Part shown: positions 17,678-20,465 of the stretch, piece after piece
Layout of the letters: each line of letters begins with the position of its first letter
Position numbering within the stretch: the stretch's first letter is position 1
Source of the DNA: an uncultured bacterium
GTDB lineage: Bacteria > Hydrogenedentota > Hydrogenedentia > Hydrogenedentales > JAEUWI01
Reading direction: 5' to 3'
DNA: 20,465 bases
NCBI GenBank assembly: GCA_963977445.1
Contig: CAXBPH010000114.1
Span: 1-20,465 of the forward strand
Notes under the pieces: generated by a model
What the model was told of the DNA's origin: nothing
Databases searched by the model: none
Seen by the model: only the letters and a program-made list of their open reading frames with translations
Position numbers and translations under genes: made by a program

Positions 17678-17716
17678 AGTATAGCGTAAATGTATGAAGA
17701 AAGCATAACGAAAAAA
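17678..17716 (-). promoter_or_regulatory. Promoter of sRNA copy 2
   Basis: ATGCTT-N17-TATACT (-10 at 17678-17683) with an upstream T tract; aligns without gaps to the copy 1 promoter but is more diverged than the RNA body. Confidence 0.6.
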
Positions 17717-17856
17717 TGGAATTATTATGAATTAATTCCGATTATGGTACGTTTTTCTCCAAAATGGCGAATGTAACTAGAGAAAAACCATTAAATACAT
17801 TAGAATACAGTTTCTGACTACCCTACGCGACGACACACAGAAAGGAAGAGTTTACA

Positions 17857-18234
17857 ATGGCGCGAGTGCTGGTAATTGATGATCACTACGCAATGCGTAA
17901 AACAATCCGGGAAGTCCTGGAAGATGCCGGCCATGAGGTCCTGGAGGCCCCCGACGGACAGTCCGGAATCGATATGCGTGGTCGCTACGAAGTCGATCTC
18001 GTTATTACCGATATATTCATGCCCGAGAAAGAAGGCATGTCAACCATCCGTGATATGTGCGCCCGCTTTCCCGGCTCCCGGATTATCGCCATGTCGGGGG
18101 GCAATGATGATTTGACGGCCCCCGAGGGCTTCATCCAGCTCGCCGAGCGTTTTGGAGCCTGTGCAACCATTACGAAACCCTTTAAGATAGATGACTTCCT
18201 CGCGGTGGTGACCCAGGTGTTGAGCGGGGAATGA
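17857..18234 (+). CDS. Stand-alone response regulator receiver (CheY-like) protein
   Basis: RVLVIDDH, DLVITDIFMPEKEG, IIAMSGG and TKPF. AAGGAAG RBS. Confidence 0.92.
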   Translation: MARVLVIDDHYAMRKTIREVLEDAGHEVLEAPDGQSGIDMRGRYEVDLVITDIFMPEKEGMSTIRDMCARFPGSRIIAMSGGNDDLTAPEGFIQLAERFGACATITKPFKIDDFLAVVTQVLSGE

Positions 18235-18264
18235 AAAAATCCTGCTTTCATGAGAAAGCAGGAT
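18234..18264 (-). terminator. Intrinsic terminator, possibly bidirectional
   Basis: Perfect 11-bp stem ATCCTGCTTTC-ATGA-GAAAGCAGGAT. The A tract is on the left, so the U tail is on the minus strand. Confidence 0.85.
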
Positions 18265-18310
18265 CATAATGTTGGACTACATTGTGGACCGTGAAGTCCG
18301 GTCGCTCGGG

Positions 18311-18412
18311 CTAGAAGCCGTCGAAGAAACCTACACCAGCACCGAAAAGGAAGAGCAAGACGGCACCAAAGGTAAACAAAAATCCACTGATAATCTGGTC
18401 CAAAATGGTCAT
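18311..18412 (-). CDS. Small hydrophobic protein, 33 aa (MTILDQIISGFLFTFGAVLLFLFGAGVGFFDGF), probably single-pass membrane
   Basis: AGGAG RBS 7 nt before the ATG, open frame to TAG, about 24 consecutive uncharged residues, and a minus-strand terminator 46 nt downstream. It is below the ORF-track size cutoff. An in-frame ATG at 18436 would give 41 aa. Confidence 0.7.
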   Translation of the reverse strand: MTILDQIISGFLFTFGAVLLFLFGAGVGFFDGF

Positions 18413-18507
18413 GGTTTTTCTCCTGAATTCTTCCATGGTTAGGTAGGTAAACTATGCCCTCACGCTAGCATGTATGCCGAGGCAAATACAATCTGTCACG
18501 CACCAAA

Positions 18508-20247
18508 TCAGTGGATGAGGTAGGTGCCTGTCACGGCGGATGGGTTCCGAATAATGACCCGTCGGGCCCCTTCATCGTAGGCCCACAACGCCGCTTCCAG
18601 CGCGGTTCCATTAAATAGAACCTGCTGGGGAGGGGCGGCCAGGAGAACGCGCAGCAGATAGGGGCCCAGGGCACCCGAGATACGCACCGTGACCTCCTCA
18701 CCTCCATGGCTCTCAATGGTAGCAAGTCGCCCATCGTTCACGTCGGTATATTGATAGGACCGCTCCGGGCCCGGATAAATGTTCAGCGTCAGAAATGACT
18801 CCGAGGCACGGTCGCCTATACCCGTGTAGTCTCTCGAAATATTCATCGGGAGAATCGCGCCCTCGCGGACGTAGACCGGGTATTCGTCCAGGGGGAAGTC
18901 CCGTGTGAAGGAAAGGGGACCTTCAATCAGGTCTTTATCCTGGAACCAGTAGCGCCACGTCCCCTCGGGCAGGGTAACCGTCTGTCTATTCCCGGGGGTT
19001 ACGATGGGCGCGACAAGCAGGTCGTCACCAAAGAAATAATGGTAGGCACCATCATGGGCGGCCCGCATAAGCCGGGGGCCACCTTCGTGTGCGCTGATAA
19101 CAGACTGGTACATATAAGGCACCAGCTCATGGTGAAGCCACGAAAATTTGCGAATCACCGCCAGTTCTTCCGGTGAACGCATCCACATGCGCCGTTCGCC
19201 GTGGCCGCCATTCAGGAAGAGCCCGCAAAACGTGGAAAACTGGGTCCAGCGAATATAGAGCTCGGCGTCGATGGGATTGTCACCGTGGTAACCCGCAATG
19301 TCGGAGCCCACAACGTTGTACCCCATGGCGGAGCTTTCCAGCGTGAGCCGAACCGCCCGCTCCAGGCCCCGTTCTTCCTCGGTCCAGGTGTGCTTATTGT
19401 CCCCCAGCCAGTTCACCGGTGACGCGTCGATGGGGGAGACCCCTTCCGGGTGGCCCCACGGCATGACGGAGTCCAACGAGCGGGAGAGGGTAACAAACTC
19501 AGGATTCTGTGTAAGGCCGTGGGCATATTCATCGCGATAGTAATGATCCATATACTCCCGCGTGGAGCGGCGGCCGGCCAGGGTGTCCACATAAAACCAC
19601 GGCATCTTCCCCTTCATCGTGAAGGCCAGCGTGCCCGTTCCGTCCAGTTTCCACCCGTCGATACCCCAATCGAAGACATTCTGCTGGAGATCGCGCCACC
19701 ACGTCATGGCATCGGGATTCGTGTAGTCGATGAAGCCTCCCTTGCCCTTCCACCACTTCTCACTATGCCCCTCGTTGATGAGGAAGCCCTGCGCGGCGGC
19801 CGCCTGAAACCAGTCGCTACTGTCTTCGATGGCCGTGTCCTTGTTGGTCTCATTGACCAGGCTGGTCATCCACAGCACCACACGGATGTCTCGTTCGTCG
19901 AGGCTGCGAAAAAAGTCTTCCGCATTGGGAAAACGTGCCTCGTCCACAATGAAATCGTTGTAGCGGGTGGACCACGGACTGTCGATGAGCACCGTTTGTA
20001 CCGGGAAGTCGTGCTTCAGATGGCCGTTCACCATTTCCAGTGTCGACTCTTCCGTGTTGGTGTCATCCTCCCAGACCCAGCATTCCAGGGCCCACGCCGG
20101 GGTAAGGGGCGGATTGCCCTGTCGTTCGGAATTAAAAGGAATACCCCAGAAAGGATAAAGAAGCAGTCCCCAGGCCAACAGCACCACAACCAGAACCAGG
20201 GCGCTGAAAAACTGGAAAAGACGTCGAAGGCAACCAAGTTTTTTCAT
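18508..20247 (-). CDS. Glycoside hydrolase family 31 protein with N-terminal membrane anchor
   Basis: PAWAL, IDSPW, DEARFP, IDYTNPDAMTWW, GIDGWKLDG (nucleophile D), WLGDN (acid/base D), GSDIAGY, ELYIRWTQF, YFFGDDLLVAPI, LPEGTW and PVYVREGAILP. Confidence 0.92.
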   Translation of the reverse strand: MKKLGCLRRLFQFFSALVLVVVLLAWGLLLYPFWGIPFNSERQGNPPLTPAWALECWVWEDDTNTEESTLEMVNGHLKHDFPVQTVLIDSPWSTRYNDFIVDEARFPNAEDFFRSLDERDIRVVLWMTSLVNETNKDTAIEDSSDWFQAAAAQGFLINEGHSEKWWKGKGGFIDYTNPDAMTWWRDLQQNVFDWGIDGWKLDGTGTLAFTMKGKMPWFYVDTLAGRRSTREYMDHYYRDEYAHGLTQNPEFVTLSRSLDSVMPWGHPEGVSPIDASPVNWLGDNKHTWTEEERGLERAVRLTLESSAMGYNVVGSDIAGYHGDNPIDAELYIRWTQFSTFCGLFLNGGHGERRMWMRSPEELAVIRKFSWLHHELVPYMYQSVISAHEGGPRLMRAAHDGAYHYFFGDDLLVAPIVTPGNRQTVTLPEGTWRYWFQDKDLIEGPLSFTRDFPLDEYPVYVREGAILPMNISRDYTGIGDRASESFLTLNIYPGPERSYQYTDVNDGRLATIESHGGEEVTVRISGALGPYLLRVLLAAPPQQVLFNGTALEAALWAYDEGARRVIIRNPSAVTGTYLIH

Positions 20248-20465
20248 GCAAGTGTACTTTCCGTTTTATTATGAGACGGCCGATATAGCAGATAGGTTTT
20301 AGTATACCGCAAGTTGCCCCAAGGCGTTCCCGGGAAGCAAACACACCGACGAGGGCAATCACGCCAAGGGTGCCACCCTTACTGTTCGCTTTTTAAATGC
20401 AGGGGTATTCGGGGGGCACGCTCAGGAATAACTTTCTCTGACGGCAATCACACCAACTCTCCGCC

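Noticed and set aside
18311..18412. Phe-rich small ORF as a phenylalanine attenuator leader
   Set aside because: No co-oriented phe biosynthesis or pheST gene follows the terminator, and the Phe codons are dispersed through a TM-like segment.
19450..20274. 274-aa plus-strand ORF
   Set aside because: Antisense shadow of the GH31 gene.
20411..20419. GGGGGGCAC here, and AGGGGGCA at 10220-10227, as local targets of the sRNA C-rich loops
   Set aside because: They are exact complements, but 8-9-nt GC-rich matches are expected by chance in a window of this size, and no downstream gene is visible for either.

Overview
A gene-dense bacterial chromosomal window of moderately high GC with no integrase, transposase, CRISPR array or defence genes. 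Phylum cannot be fixed from the sequence alone. Contents in order: tRNA-Asn(GTT); a secreted ThuA-like protein; an MshEN/T2SSE_N-HDOD signalling protein; Mn-type sodA; a stand-alone receiver protein; a minus-strand MarR - aas (MFS/PlsC/acyl-ACP synthetase) - alpha/beta hydrolase - GNAT cluster; a long-chain polyprenyl synthase; a FapA/DUF342-like protein; a soluble acyl-ACP desaturase; an HTH-receiver regulator; gpsA; a second stand-alone receiver; and a membrane-anchored GH31 glycosidase. The most striking unexplained feature lies between gpsA and the second receiver gene: two near-identical (6 differences in 119 nt) ~125-nt minus-strand units spaced 428 bp apart. Each has its own TATACT -10 box, a three-way-junction fold with a C(UUCG)G hairpin, two hairpins that display the same UGCCCC(C) loop, and an intrinsic terminator. 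I read these as a candidate pair of sibling small RNAs that I cannot assign to a known family. An unannotated 33-aa Phe/Gly-rich membrane peptide gene with a strong RBS and a terminator lies about 640 bp away.
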